Virus record (IMG/VR): IMGVR_UViG_3300013794_000014
Coordinates: 77,060 to 141,059 of that record
Reading direction: 5' to 3' (one strand)
Source: a virus
Length of the DNA: 64,000 nt
The notes beneath the pieces are model-generated. The model had not been told where the DNA came from and did not search any database. It worked only from the letters and a program-made list of their open reading frames with translations. This document shows positions 36,468 through 47,071 of this stretch, one piece after another (within the stretch, counting starts at the first letter, position 1; every line of letters begins with the position of its first letter). Both the position numbers and the translations under genes were made by a program.

Positions 36468-36471
36468 AGTT
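36460..36471 (-). other. putative +1 programmed ribosomal frameshift site AAC TTT CGT TGA
   Basis: A TTT->TTC slip joins gpG to ...F-V-E-R-I-K-N-F-L-K-K-D in the downstream frame. Confidence 0.7.
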
Positions 36472-37221
36472 CATTAGATCTTTCGGTAATACACCTGAAA
36501 CTTTTAGAATCATATCTATTATTTTGTTAATTTCAAATGGCATTAATGGGTTTTCGTTTATATCAAAAGAATTCGTTTTTGATATATCGATTTTCCCTGG
36601 ACTTTTTGGATGACACGTTAATAGATCTGGTAATCTTGGTATTAACAACTCAAATAACCATTTCTGTGACAATATGAGTTTAGGTTTTCGATTCTGTATT
36701 TGTGCCTGTGTGACCTCTATTTGTTGTGCTTGAAGTTTATCCAATATTTCAGCCGCATCTAGAAAATCAATTGGATCTACTTTCAATACGACTAATTTGT
36801 CATCTCTAAACGTGAAAAATGTATTATCTGGCCTAAATGTGTCATCGTAATATTCTGTAACATCTACTTCTGCTAATTTCAATGTCCAGTCGTCTGGCGG
36901 TATAATACTTGCGAATCTTAAAATTTCGTCAATTAATGTACGTAACTCACTAAATGTTAAAGGGTTGCAATCTTCTCTGTCAGGCGTGTATGGTATTGGT
37001 GAACCCAATAATTTTACGTTAACAGGAATACTATCTTCTGTCACTTCAACTAATTTTGGTAAATCCTGTAATATCTTTTGAGTTAGTGGTTTGTAAAACT
37101 CTGGGAAATTTATTGTGTAAATGTCAATTAATTCTGCCAAATACCTTAAGTCTAGTGGTTTGATTTTTAAGCGAATATATCCGTCTACACGTGGAAATTC
37201 TATGTACAGTACTTTATTCAT
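36460..37221 (-). CDS. tail assembly chaperone (gpG-like); alternative start GTG 37392
   Basis: Ends AAC TTT CGT TGA; ATG 37221 overlaps the upstream stop codon. Confidence 0.6.
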   Translation of the reverse strand: MNKVLYIEFPRVDGYIRLKIKPLDLRYLAELIDIYTINFPEFYKPLTQKILQDLPKLVEVTEDSIPVNVKLLGSPIPYTPDREDCNPLTFSELRTLIDEILRFASIIPPDDWTLKLAEVDVTEYYDDTFRPDNTFFTFRDDKLVVLKVDPIDFLDAAEILDKLQAQQIEVTQAQIQNRKPKLILSQKWLFELLIPRLPDLLTCHPKSPGKIDISKTNSFDINENPLMPFEINKIIDMILKVSGVLPKDLMNFR

Positions 37222-37825
37222 TTGGTTTTGGTTCTGGTTCTGACTCTGACTTTGACTTTGCCTTTGACTTTGGTTTTCGTTTTCGCTTAGATTTTCTTCT
37301 TTGTTCATTTTTTTCTTCTTGTTTGTCTTCTTCTTTGGTTTGTTCGAATCTTTCGGATTGTTTGAATTGCTCTTTGGAGACTTCTTCGCCACTTAGACCA
37401 CCTTGAAAATTTAACTGTTTATCAGTGAATACAACAAACATATAGGACGTGAGTAACGGAACAACATCAGAATCTTCTAACTCGATTTCGTAAATGTCCA
37501 CTTCAGGAACTACCCTATTGACTTTGAACGGACGTGGTATACTTCTTCCGACACTATATACAATATCATCAACGTCAGTGTATTTAAAGGCAGGGTCTAC
37601 AGTGTATTGACCGTCGGCCACTAATGCATGCTCAGATCGAGAGCCTACAAGTTTACAATCAGCTTTACCAACATACCTGACAGATTTAACTTTACTATCA
37701 GTTGGGTACTTTGTACCGACACCTATATAGTAGCCAAGTACTCTATCGCCAACAGTTAACTTTTCTACTGGTTTATTACGGATTCCTAAGACTATTGTAC
37801 CTTTACCAACATATGTGTAAACCAT
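37214..37825 (-). CDS. stand-alone degenerate Hint (intein-like) domain protein with basic low-complexity tail
   Basis: YVGKGTIV...KPVEKLTVGDRVLG resembles Hint block A; VDIYEIELED resembles block F; Cys1 and terminal HN are absent. Confidence 0.5.
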   Translation of the reverse strand: MVYTYVGKGTIVLGIRNKPVEKLTVGDRVLGYYIGVGTKYPTDSKVKSVRYVGKADCKLVGSRSEHALVADGQYTVDPAFKYTDVDDIVYSVGRSIPRPFKVNRVVPEVDIYEIELEDSDVVPLLTSYMFVVFTDKQLNFQGGLSGEEVSKEQFKQSERFEQTKEEDKQEEKNEQRRKSKRKRKPKSKAKSKSESEPEPKPNE

Positions 37826-37831
37826 TTAAAT

Positions 37832-39304
37832 TCACCTCTTGAATGTAACTATATATGGCAATGATATAGGTTTTGTTGATTCTGACTCTTTACGCAATAA
37901 CCTATGAACCTGTACGACTGCATCAGCAACATCTTTAGAACCGCCTCTAGGATGATCCACACGCCTTTCATTTACTATTTCTATATCTCTAAGTTCTTTA
38001 TATAGTTTCGGGTGATAAACGACTTTGACTTTTTCGGTTTCAAGATCAAACTTGAAATTTTCATAATGTTGTCGTGTTAACCATTTAAAGTCTTTTATAA
38101 GTCCTAAAGATTCTAGTGTTTGTTCTAATTCAATGTACATATGAGTATCAACACCGAATGTTAAGATGTTGAACCGGTTGCAAATGTTATCAACTATGTA
38201 TGACAGAATTTCTTTAGCATCTAATTCGCCTCCAGCATCTTCTGGTTGTAATGCCTTAATCCCATCTATTACAATTTGATCATGTGCCCAATCGTAGTAT
38301 CCAATGGCAATTCCAAACGTATCTGATTTGACTGCAGGATCCAAACCCAATACTCTGGGCCTATCATCTGAGTATACATCAGATTCAAGTACGTTGAACA
38401 TATTGTGATCCAATGGAATCTTGCCTCTAAACAATTTTGTCCTTCTAGATACAGTAACAACTGCATATGGATCAGCAGCAAATTTCAATCTAAATGCTTC
38501 TTCTGAATCAGCTTGTTTCAAAAGCTCTTCTTTAGTAAACGTTGGGTTTAATTCCCATGTTGGATAATGGAATGCTATGCCGGGACTGAGTTCACCAGAC
38601 TTTATTTTTGAATACGTTCTAACAATTGGATCGCCAGGATGATCAGGAGACGATAATACCGCCAATTTACCAAATGTACCAAATGTTGTCGTTGAACCTT
38701 GCATGTATGAGAATACACCTTCAAACGTATCCGGACCAAAACCACTATCTTTCCATTGTGCAACTTCATCTAAGGCAGCGAACATAACTGTACGTCCAAC
38801 ACCAGACTTGACAGTACCTGGCCCAACCCATATGTTCAAGTTCTTTTCAAAATCAATTTCTTGGCTCTTTACATTGATTTTATAATGTGCAAAAAACTTA
38901 CCAGACATTTGCGATTTCGTAATCAAGTAACGCACTTTTGAAAACAAAGTGTCTTTTGCCTGTTCCCTTGAACCAGCTGCCATCGCAATACAAGTAAAAC
39001 CCATGTTTTCAACTATCCTACCAATCTTTTCATAAAGAAATTCGCCTATATCATCAAGTATAATGAAACGGAATATTTGGTATAACATCATGGACGCAAT
39101 TATCGTTGATTTACCCGCTCTCATTCCACACATTAAGGCCAAATACTTATATTTGTCAACTCCTTTGTCATCTCTTTCAAAGTACATATCAATAATTTCT
39201 GCTTGTTTCGGAAATAATTCTAATCCAAGTTCATTTTTTACGAATTCTGACGGCTTCAACATATAACGAAGTATTTCACGTGGTGACAATGGACAGTCAT
39301 ACAT
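37832..39304 (-). CDS. terL: terminase large subunit
   Basis: LFPKQ, Walker A GMRAGKST, Walker B AALDEVA, LSSP, nuclease GLDPA, HPRGGSKDVADA. Confidence 0.93.
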   Translation of the reverse strand: MYDCPLSPREILRYMLKPSEFVKNELGLELFPKQAEIIDMYFERDDKGVDKYKYLALMCGMRAGKSTIIASMMLYQIFRFIILDDIGEFLYEKIGRIVENMGFTCIAMAAGSREQAKDTLFSKVRYLITKSQMSGKFFAHYKINVKSQEIDFEKNLNIWVGPGTVKSGVGRTVMFAALDEVAQWKDSGFGPDTFEGVFSYMQGSTTTFGTFGKLAVLSSPDHPGDPIVRTYSKIKSGELSPGIAFHYPTWELNPTFTKEELLKQADSEEAFRLKFAADPYAVVTVSRRTKLFRGKIPLDHNMFNVLESDVYSDDRPRVLGLDPAVKSDTFGIAIGYYDWAHDQIVIDGIKALQPEDAGGELDAKEILSYIVDNICNRFNILTFGVDTHMYIELEQTLESLGLIKDFKWLTRQHYENFKFDLETEKVKVVYHPKLYKELRDIEIVNERRVDHPRGGSKDVADAVVQVHRLLRKESESTKPISLPYIVTFKR

Positions 39305-39516
39305 TGGAAACACCCCAAAGACTGATCAAGTGCAGAGACGAAAATAAACGTAAATGTAAATGTAAATACCGATACAGAGTTGGATACTATGAGGTTGACT
39401 TAATAACATTTGAAGTCCGTAAAGTTACCTACTCATTTAATAAACTTGATAAACAAAGTAAATTAAAGGTGGTTAATAAATGGTTAGGTGACATAAATGG
39501 TTCAAGTAACACTTGA
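39289..39516 (+). CDS. small hypothetical protein, head-to-head with terL
   Basis: GGTGA SD before ATG 39289; coupled to the next + ORF. Confidence 0.4.
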   Translation: MDSHTLETPQRLIKCRDENKRKCKCKYRYRVGYYEVDLITFEVRKVTYSFNKLDKQSKLKVVNKWLGDINGSSNT

Positions 39517-39862
39517 ATTGCCAGATAACACATTACCAGTTCCAATATATGTTGTCATATTAGATAAATTCCCACATGTAGCTGTCTCACAGGACGTATT
39601 CAATTGGTTGGTTTATGTGGGCGACAATTGGATTACGTGTGATAAGCGTTATGCGCCAGCCATATATACAATTAAGACCTATAGTGAACTAAAAAACGCA
39701 ATGAAGGCATTTCCTGAATTAAAAACTGACTTCTATTATGTGTTAATAAAAGTTATACCAGTTCCTCTAAATGTCAGTACTATTGAGACATCTGCGTTTA
39801 GAGCACTACTTAGCCAACTATCACGCTTTATAAAGCGTCTCAAACAGACGAAAAACAGTTAA
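39497..39862 (+). CDS. hypothetical protein
   Basis: 121-aa ORF with AGGTGA SD. Confidence 0.6.
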   Translation: MVQVTLELPDNTLPVPIYVVILDKFPHVAVSQDVFNWLVYVGDNWITCDKRYAPAIYTIKTYSELKNAMKAFPELKTDFYYVLIKVIPVPLNVSTIETSAFRALLSQLSRFIKRLKQTKNS

Positions 39863-39920
39863 GTTAAAGTTAACGTTAATGTTAACGTTAACATTGACAA
39901 TAAGTATTTGGAATTGGCAT

Positions 39921-42900
39921 TTATAGAGGGTCAATATCAAATGGGAAATCAGTCTCTCCATGTTCTAATTTATGTGAATCATAATATGAGTATTGAATGA
40001 CTTTTAGTAAGTAATTTTTAACTGCTGAAATACGATTACTGAAAGCGTAAATCTTTGAAATTGGTGCATGTCTATTTGGTATACGTGGATATATCTCAAT
40101 GTCACATAGTTCAGGGCTTACATCTGCTGCTATTTCATCCCATTTTTGATAAAAACGAATTCGATTGTCAGCTCGACATGTAACTCTTACAAAGTCACCT
40201 TCTATTTCAATTGTTGTATCAGAAATTACGTAAAATTCGTTTTTAAATTTGACGATTCTGTATGGTAATAGCAAGTCAATTAATTCATAGTGTTTACTGA
40301 CTTTTTTGCAAAGATCTTTTTGTTTTCCTTCAAACGTAAATTCAATTGATTTATCGACAAATTGTTTAACATTCGTAAGTACATTCGTGTAACCGTCAAC
40401 TGTTAAAACCGTATATTCATTTGTCAAAGACTGCTTGTATTCTGCTTCTAAATCAAATATGTATGGTACAGCTAAGTAAGGGGGTGAACCAAATACTCGT
40501 GCTGTAATAAAGTAAATAGCAGTACCAAACACCAAAATGATATTTTTTTCAATACGCATAGACGGGACTGTGATCAAGATACGACTAAAATGAATTTCAT
40601 CTGTATTCAGTTTTACAGATTTTATTTCGTTGTTTTCATTTTTCGTAACGTCATAGCAAACAATGACATATAGACTGTTATTTGGTTTAAGTACCTTGTA
40701 ATTTAGTTTGATACATTGATTTTTATCGGGATGTGTTGGATCTGTAACATAAAGAATTGGACTATCAGAGTTAGTCGTAGATGTTCCTTCTATAAGTAAT
40801 TTCAGATCAAAATGCAACGTCTTATCAAACATAGATTTGTTAAACTGTACTAATACATCTTGTAATGTAATACCATATTGATGCATTTGTTTTTCTAAAC
40901 CCGTTAACATTCGAACCTCGTAGAAAATACTATCTGGAACTTTTGAAATGTCTGATAAGTATTCTTTGATTATTTTTTCATTTAATATTGGCATTTGAGT
41001 CTGGTTTTCAGTTATTAACAGTGAAAATGGAGTGACAGTATTTCCGACTAATACACCTCCAACATTGAAGCCTTGTTGAACAATATCTTTATTCAATGTT
41101 GAATCAGACTTTTGAATAGTTGGAATTCGTACAACTGACATGTATGCACCAGTCCAAATGTAATCTGGCAGTCTACGGACATGGTAAACATAATTGTTCG
41201 TTTTCTGTAGAGATGTGTAAAGTAAATTTACATCATAAACCGGATATGGGTTTTTCGTAGGTATCCACCTAACGATGTCAACTACATGTTCAGTACCATC
41301 AGGATCTGTAACTTTCTCGGTAGAAACAACCGGCTGTAAATACACTGTAAAATTCCATGGTGATATTGGATATGGGAAATAACTATCTAGATAATCTTCT
41401 TTAGTATCTAAAGCAATTATTGGGTTAGCTGTAAACACTAAAGACTTTAAGAACGTTCTTACTAACATATTGAATTTCTTGTTTAATTCTGCGTTACCAA
41501 CATCAATGAATAATGAATCATACCAGAATACAGGTTGATCATCAGCTGTAATCACCATACCAGAACTATCTTTACATTCACGCTCTTGAACATCTCCAAT
41601 ATAGAGGCGTGTAACTGGATTGTAATCAACCTTGTAATTGTATGTAAAGCGCACAGTAGGACGTTTATCTCCATCACAAGCAAAGATATAAAATCCGTTG
41701 TCTAAAAACTCATCTTTTCTTTCTTGTAATGTTGCCAGTAAAGACTCTAGACTACCTGTTACTGGTTTCACGTAATTTGGACATTCATACATTGTAACAG
41801 CTCTTTTATATTTGTTTTTTGCGAATATTTTGATCTTATGTGGTTTCCCTGATAACGCAACCTGTCTACAACTGAACTCACGATTTTCTGTTAAATCTAG
41901 ATATGGTACATTTTGTAAATCATTTGGAACATAATCTTTAATTTCTTCGAGTATACTGTTATACCACGTCTGCTGTGTTTCCTTTTGTAAATTATACATA
42001 CTAAGTAGAGATGAAACGGACAACCAACTAATTTCGTTGTAGTATTTGTCAATGACTTTGATACGCCTTAGCCACGGTATGATCAATATCTGTGAACCAA
42101 TGTATAGTTCAGATATCGTCTTACGAATTGGTTCAATTGACCACTGCACATTTTCACAAAACCTTTCAAATGATTGTTCAAATGGTGTTTTAAGAGTATT
42201 TTGAGATCTGTTTCTCGAAATGTTCTGATATGCAACAGTCAAATCGCTTAGACGTTCCCAATAGTAATTTTCAGGATCTAAATATGAAACCTTTGAAAGA
42301 TCAATTTCTCCCTGATTAGATGCTTGTTCATACATAAGTTGGATTTTTGATTTCGGACGTCTAATGTATGCACCAGTATTATCGACACATCCCAGTGCAC
42401 CAGCCTGTTCTAATGTGACCTTAAGGTATGCACTGTAACGATACAAATTCGTTGTAGACTTTATGACGTTAGCAACAATGAATTTGATACCAAATAAATC
42501 TAACTGAATGCCCGGTGGATAATATATAGAAGAAACGAAAGATACTTGCCAATTATTTGGGTTTTCTGATAAGTTTATTGAAACTTTTCCGATTTCAGGA
42601 ATTTTTTCGATTTCAACGGACATTTGATAAATTGGCGCAACAAGTTCATTGTCATTTTGTTGGAAGCCGGTTGTATTTGACAATTCCTGTGATAAAATGA
42701 AAAAACCATATATTTCAGGGACTGTATCTGTATTTGTATCTGTATTTGTATTTGTACTTGTACTTGTACTAACATCAATGTGTTCTCGAATCAATAAAAT
42801 GTAAGCCGGCTTAACTTTAAGTCGTTCATTTAGAATATTAGGTAGGTTAGAAATTGAAATTGTATATTCAGTGTTATCTAAAACAAGAGTATTCCCGATT

Positions 42901-43280
42901 TTAGATATATTGCAAACCTTTTCAATATCCTTTGGAAATAAGTCGAATATACATGTATTTTGTTGTTGCTGTTGTGTATCCTTACCATTGGAACTTGAAC
43001 TTGTATTTGAATTTGAATTTGAACTTGTATTTGAATCAACACATACAATTGCATTATACTGTTCAATATAAAGTCCTTTTATGTAAACTAAATCGAATTT
43101 ACCTGCATAGTTACTTGGTATAACATCTAACGTCTTAGAGACATCATGTTCTGCTAAAAAATTAGGGAATATTTTGAAAGCATCAAATCTAGTCTGAAAA
43201 GAATAGTTTTTTATATACTCGTTTCCTTGTTTCTTTGCTAAAATAACGTTTAGTGTACCAATATGTTTATTCTGAGTCAT
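39921..43280 (-). CDS. large virion structural protein (possible tail hub/central fibre)
   Basis: 1119 aa, beta-rich, in the morphogenesis operon; assignment by position only. Confidence 0.4.
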   Translation of the reverse strand: MTQNKHIGTLNVILAKKQGNEYIKNYSFQTRFDAFKIFPNFLAEHDVSKTLDVIPSNYAGKFDLVYIKGLYIEQYNAIVCVDSNTSSNSNSNTSSSSNGKDTQQQQQNTCIFDLFPKDIEKVCNISKIGNTLVLDNTEYTISISNLPNILNERLKVKPAYILLIREHIDVSTSTSTNTNTDTNTDTVPEIYGFFILSQELSNTTGFQQNDNELVAPIYQMSVEIEKIPEIGKVSINLSENPNNWQVSFVSSIYYPPGIQLDLFGIKFIVANVIKSTTNLYRYSAYLKVTLEQAGALGCVDNTGAYIRRPKSKIQLMYEQASNQGEIDLSKVSYLDPENYYWERLSDLTVAYQNISRNRSQNTLKTPFEQSFERFCENVQWSIEPIRKTISELYIGSQILIIPWLRRIKVIDKYYNEISWLSVSSLLSMYNLQKETQQTWYNSILEEIKDYVPNDLQNVPYLDLTENREFSCRQVALSGKPHKIKIFAKNKYKRAVTMYECPNYVKPVTGSLESLLATLQERKDEFLDNGFYIFACDGDKRPTVRFTYNYKVDYNPVTRLYIGDVQERECKDSSGMVITADDQPVFWYDSLFIDVGNAELNKKFNMLVRTFLKSLVFTANPIIALDTKEDYLDSYFPYPISPWNFTVYLQPVVSTEKVTDPDGTEHVVDIVRWIPTKNPYPVYDVNLLYTSLQKTNNYVYHVRRLPDYIWTGAYMSVVRIPTIQKSDSTLNKDIVQQGFNVGGVLVGNTVTPFSLLITENQTQMPILNEKIIKEYLSDISKVPDSIFYEVRMLTGLEKQMHQYGITLQDVLVQFNKSMFDKTLHFDLKLLIEGTSTTNSDSPILYVTDPTHPDKNQCIKLNYKVLKPNNSLYVIVCYDVTKNENNEIKSVKLNTDEIHFSRILITVPSMRIEKNIILVFGTAIYFITARVFGSPPYLAVPYIFDLEAEYKQSLTNEYTVLTVDGYTNVLTNVKQFVDKSIEFTFEGKQKDLCKKVSKHYELIDLLLPYRIVKFKNEFYVISDTTIEIEGDFVRVTCRADNRIRFYQKWDEIAADVSPELCDIEIYPRIPNRHAPISKIYAFSNRISAVKNYLLKVIQYSYYDSHKLEHGETDFPFDIDPL

Positions 43281-43289
43281 ATTCCTACC

Positions 43290-44939
43290 CTAGTCAGATG
43301 TTAAAACGTTTAGCAGTCCACTATCTTTTGCAACCCTCAAAATGTCTTTTTTAGTATAAGGCTTTATGTTATTTGAAGCTCCTTTTACCCTCATAGCATA
43401 CCCTTTAATAACATCTTCATTTTCATAGTAGTTGATTTCACCACACGAAACTTCAATAATGTCATTTGGTTCGAACTTCAGTTTCGTAGAAAACGTTTCA
43501 CCCAACAATTTGATTTCATTGCCATCTAGATATCCAACTTCATATTTGTATGTGCCATTTTTGTTTCTTAGACGCCCTATGACTTGAACATCAATATCCG
43601 CTTCTTTTTTAACTTTTATCATGTATTTTTTGTCACTTGGTAACGCATCTAAATCTTTGATTACAATACCATCAAACTCAGGATGGCTTTCAACGTATTT
43701 AATGGCGCCATTCAATGAATTGAAGTTTTTTACCCTATACTTTGGTTTAACGTATTTTTTGATCATTTGCAATTGAGTTCTGTAATCTTCTTCTGGATAA
43801 GCAACGTCGTAGATAGTAACGGTTAATTCTTTGTCCATCTCACCTTTCTTGACTTTCCCAATGACGGTTTGTCTAGGTAACGTGTCGCTCCAAATTTCCC
43901 CTATAAACGCATAGTTGTTGGGCGTACGTTCCGTGAATACATGAGATAAGTCAATAGACAGTTTGTTTCCGCTATCAGTGTAAACCTCTTTTCCGCGGTC
44001 AAATATTACAACGCGCATTCCATTGTATTTTGGTTGAATAACAAAATTATCAAACGGAATATCTTTCGCTGAGATGTTGTCTAGTCCGTATAATGCCTTA
44101 AAAGCTTTTGGTAATTTGACGTCTTTAAAGGTTACATTTGTTTTTACGTCCCTAGAAAGTTCAATTTCGTTATCTACATATGTTGGTTCATATTCAATGC
44201 GTTTAACGAGTACAAGATCGTAAAGGACAATGGAGTCTTCTGTTGGCCCATTTACTTCTGGGTTTTGATAAATTAACTGTACTGGTTTACCAAACGCCTT
44301 TGATAACATTAGATGTAATTTTTTATGTATCCAAGTTGGAACTTCTTCTGCTGGCATATCGACATATATGTCGATATCTGAGTCTTCTGGCGGCCTAGTG
44401 AATTCTTCTTTTTCATCGATTTTGCCACGCGTTACCAATGATCCAACTAAACGAACAAACCCACGCTTCAATATGTAATTTGGCAAATTCGATAGATAAC
44501 TTACTTGGTTAGGTTTCATTTGACTTTGACTTTGATTTTGACCTTGACTTTGATTTTGTCCTTGTCTCTGTTTTTGTTCTTGTACTTGTTCTTGTTCTTG
44601 TACTTGTTCTTGCTTTTGTCTTTGTTTAGTATCTTCACACGCCTCATAAAGCTCCATTACTGTAAATGTATTTTCGTTAACTTTGACAAAACTTTTTAAA
44701 CAGTCTTTCAGTTTGACTTTAACATCTCTACGCTTTAATTCGGTGTACAACGCAGTTGCATATTTGCTAAAGTTATTAACATCTCCGAACTTTTTCTTAA
44801 TGAATTCTGGTGTTTCTTTAGATTCGTTAAGTCTGTTAGCCCACGCATTTACAATAGACCAGTCAAATACAAGTTCCGCCGTTGGTTTATCTTTTAGTTT
44901 TTTCAGTTCTTGTAAAATCGTTTTAGCGTCAAACTTCAT
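43290..44939 (-). CDS. ATP-dependent DNA ligase with upstream Pol-beta-type nucleotidyltransferase-like domain
   Basis: Ligase motifs QPKYNGMR, FIGEIW, IYDV, DGIVIK, IKVKK plus an OB-like C-terminus; upstream LVGS...SDIDIYVD. Confidence 0.85.
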   Translation of the reverse strand: MKFDAKTILQELKKLKDKPTAELVFDWSIVNAWANRLNESKETPEFIKKKFGDVNNFSKYATALYTELKRRDVKVKLKDCLKSFVKVNENTFTVMELYEACEDTKQRQKQEQVQEQEQVQEQKQRQGQNQSQGQNQSQSQMKPNQVSYLSNLPNYILKRGFVRLVGSLVTRGKIDEKEEFTRPPEDSDIDIYVDMPAEEVPTWIHKKLHLMLSKAFGKPVQLIYQNPEVNGPTEDSIVLYDLVLVKRIEYEPTYVDNEIELSRDVKTNVTFKDVKLPKAFKALYGLDNISAKDIPFDNFVIQPKYNGMRVVIFDRGKEVYTDSGNKLSIDLSHVFTERTPNNYAFIGEIWSDTLPRQTVIGKVKKGEMDKELTVTIYDVAYPEEDYRTQLQMIKKYVKPKYRVKNFNSLNGAIKYVESHPEFDGIVIKDLDALPSDKKYMIKVKKEADIDVQVIGRLRNKNGTYKYEVGYLDGNEIKLLGETFSTKLKFEPNDIIEVSCGEINYYENEDVIKGYAMRVKGASNNIKPYTKKDILRVAKDSGLLNVLTSD

Positions 44940-45004
44940 TGTAATCACCTCAAGTATCTCAAAGAAAAAAGTTAATGGGATAAGTTAAGTTAAGTTAATT
45001 TAGT

Positions 45005-46474
45005 TTAGTTTTGTGGTTTTAACCAAGATACAGCAAATGCTCTTAAACTATCAATTGATCTTGGTTTAGGCATTCCATCTCCTTGTACTACATATCCCTT
45101 AAACAGTTCATCATCTGGTAACATTCTGATGGTTAAGTCGATTGTTTTCAACGTTCCAACCGTATCTCTTTTATCTGCTCTTTCTAGTACTACGTTTGGT
45201 AGTATGTATAGACATCTGTTTGGTGAACCCAAATTCGGTTTATCGATATCAGCATTGCACATGAATGGATCGTCTACGTTCATTCCAAAGTTATGTGGCA
45301 CTCTTACATCGGCTTTATCTGTTTTTGATCTGATATCATACGCACTTCCAACCTTAATAACAACTGACATTTTTCCAATTCCAGCTTCAGTTGGTTCAAT
45401 TATTTCTTCGGTTCTTGCACCATTAATGAATTCGTTGTATAGTTCCATTGAATCAACATTTTCTGCAGTATCAGTCATTGTAAAGTCAATTGTCATTGAA
45501 CCAGTATAGTCTTGTCTAACAACCTTTCTAAGTGGATATTCGTTAGCAAACCTTGAACCAAGTCTATACGCATCTCTACCGGCATTTTCAATTCTTAGAT
45601 CCAATCTAACAGTTGAAACGTTTATGATTTTCCTACCAACCAAATAACGGACTTGATTATAGTTCTCTCCTGCATCAGACTCTTTCTTAATGGGTATAGC
45701 ATCTATAAGGCTAAACTGTTCCTCTTTACCGTCTATTGTTGCTTTAACCTTTTTATAGTAACCATCACTCTCTTCTACAGGAATATACTCTATATTTTCT
45801 TTTTCATCGATAAATTTAACAGTCGTTTCATTTGTATCACTGTTTTGTTTTACTTCAAGCTTCAAAACTTTGATATCAGCGAAAAGTGCAGCGTCTAATG
45901 CCCTCACGTAATCTTGGATTGGCATTGATTCGTTTTGATATTTCTTTTTAGCAAGTTCAGTTTGATCTTTTACCGTTTTGTTTTTTTGGGCAGTGATATC
46001 ATACGAGTAAGTTAAAACCCTATCTGTAGCAAATTCAACTCTCATGTTTGTAAATACTGTACCTAAAACAACGTCCACTACTTCAGGTTCTGGATACAAA
46101 TGATATACTGTAAACGACGGTAATTCTTTCTGTGTTGGTATGGCTAGACTTGCTTTTATTTTGTAAACTAGATTATCATTATCATCAGTCTTTGAAAACG
46201 TTTTGGTAATAGATTCACCGAATCCAATTTCGTTTAATTTGTCTATTTGGCTCATTCTTGCAGGTACTGTTACAGATCCAGTTACGCTGTATCCGCCCGG
46301 TAAGGCTACAGTCGTTCCTGTAGTAGACAACGTCTCTTGTGTTATTACACCATGATCTGGAGTTAAAGTCCAATCAGTCGCATCAACAACAAGTACTTTG
46401 TTTGAATCATATGTAGGTTCTTCAGCAAACTTATCTTCACGAATAACCTTTATTTGTTCTTTGTATATAGCCAT
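45005..46474 (-). CDS. major tail (tube) protein
   Basis: Follows the head-tail genes; tube-like pattern GGYSVTGSVTV...LPSFTV...YRLGSR...YTGSMTIDF. Confidence 0.65.
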   Translation of the reverse strand: MAIYKEQIKVIREDKFAEEPTYDSNKVLVVDATDWTLTPDHGVITQETLSTTGTTVALPGGYSVTGSVTVPARMSQIDKLNEIGFGESITKTFSKTDDNDNLVYKIKASLAIPTQKELPSFTVYHLYPEPEVVDVVLGTVFTNMRVEFATDRVLTYSYDITAQKNKTVKDQTELAKKKYQNESMPIQDYVRALDAALFADIKVLKLEVKQNSDTNETTVKFIDEKENIEYIPVEESDGYYKKVKATIDGKEEQFSLIDAIPIKKESDAGENYNQVRYLVGRKIINVSTVRLDLRIENAGRDAYRLGSRFANEYPLRKVVRQDYTGSMTIDFTMTDTAENVDSMELYNEFINGARTEEIIEPTEAGIGKMSVVIKVGSAYDIRSKTDKADVRVPHNFGMNVDDPFMCNADIDKPNLGSPNRCLYILPNVVLERADKRDTVGTLKTIDLTIRMLPDDELFKGYVVQGDGMPKPRSIDSLRAFAVSWLKPQN

Positions 46475-46479
46475 TTTGA

Positions 46480-47037
46480 TCACCTAATTTGCGATTTTAG
46501 ATTCGGAGTCCAATTAATGCGTGTATCAAATGATATGTTTACAACAAACTTGAAAGTCTCTGTCATAGATTTATCGATCGGTTCTAAATTAGTGACACTT
46601 TCGATATTAGCTCGAAGAATGTGGACTTGTGGTTTAACATAGCCCTTCTCAGTAAAGACATTTTGAAAGTCCTCTATATGAATTGGTGCTCTATGAATGC
46701 TCATTATGACATCTGTTATATCTGCTAGAGTCATAAAATGTTTAGTTGTTATGTATATCTTGAAATTAAACTTACAATGGATGGATTCGAACGTATAATC
46801 ATGTATTCTTGCATGCTCAAATTGTATAAGTAATACATTATCACCTGATTTTGATCCGGGTTTTGCTTTCAATGTATGTGTAGTTTTTGTAGAACCAACA
46901 AATATGGGTTTAGGATATGGCGGCAACTTTACTCCCAGCTCTTTCTGTTTCTGTGTTAACCTTTCAAAGTGATTTTTAAACTGTCTTTCTAAAAACTCAC
47001 CTAAAATTAATAGTCCTACGAACAGCATTTCATTCAC
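46480..47037 (-). CDS. putative tail terminator / head-tail joining protein
   Basis: Position between adaptor and tail tube; 185 aa. Confidence 0.45.
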   Translation of the reverse strand: MNEMLFVGLLILGEFLERQFKNHFERLTQKQKELGVKLPPYPKPIFVGSTKTTHTLKAKPGSKSGDNVLLIQFEHARIHDYTFESIHCKFNFKIYITTKHFMTLADITDVIMSIHRAPIHIEDFQNVFTEKGYVKPQVHILRANIESVTNLEPIDKSMTETFKFVVNISFDTRINWTPNLKSQIR

Positions 47038-47071
47038 CTTGATTGAAACATAAACGTAAATTACTAAAAAA

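Noticed and set aside
37214-37825. active intein in terL
   Set aside because: It is a separate ORF after the terL stop codon and lacks the splicing residues.
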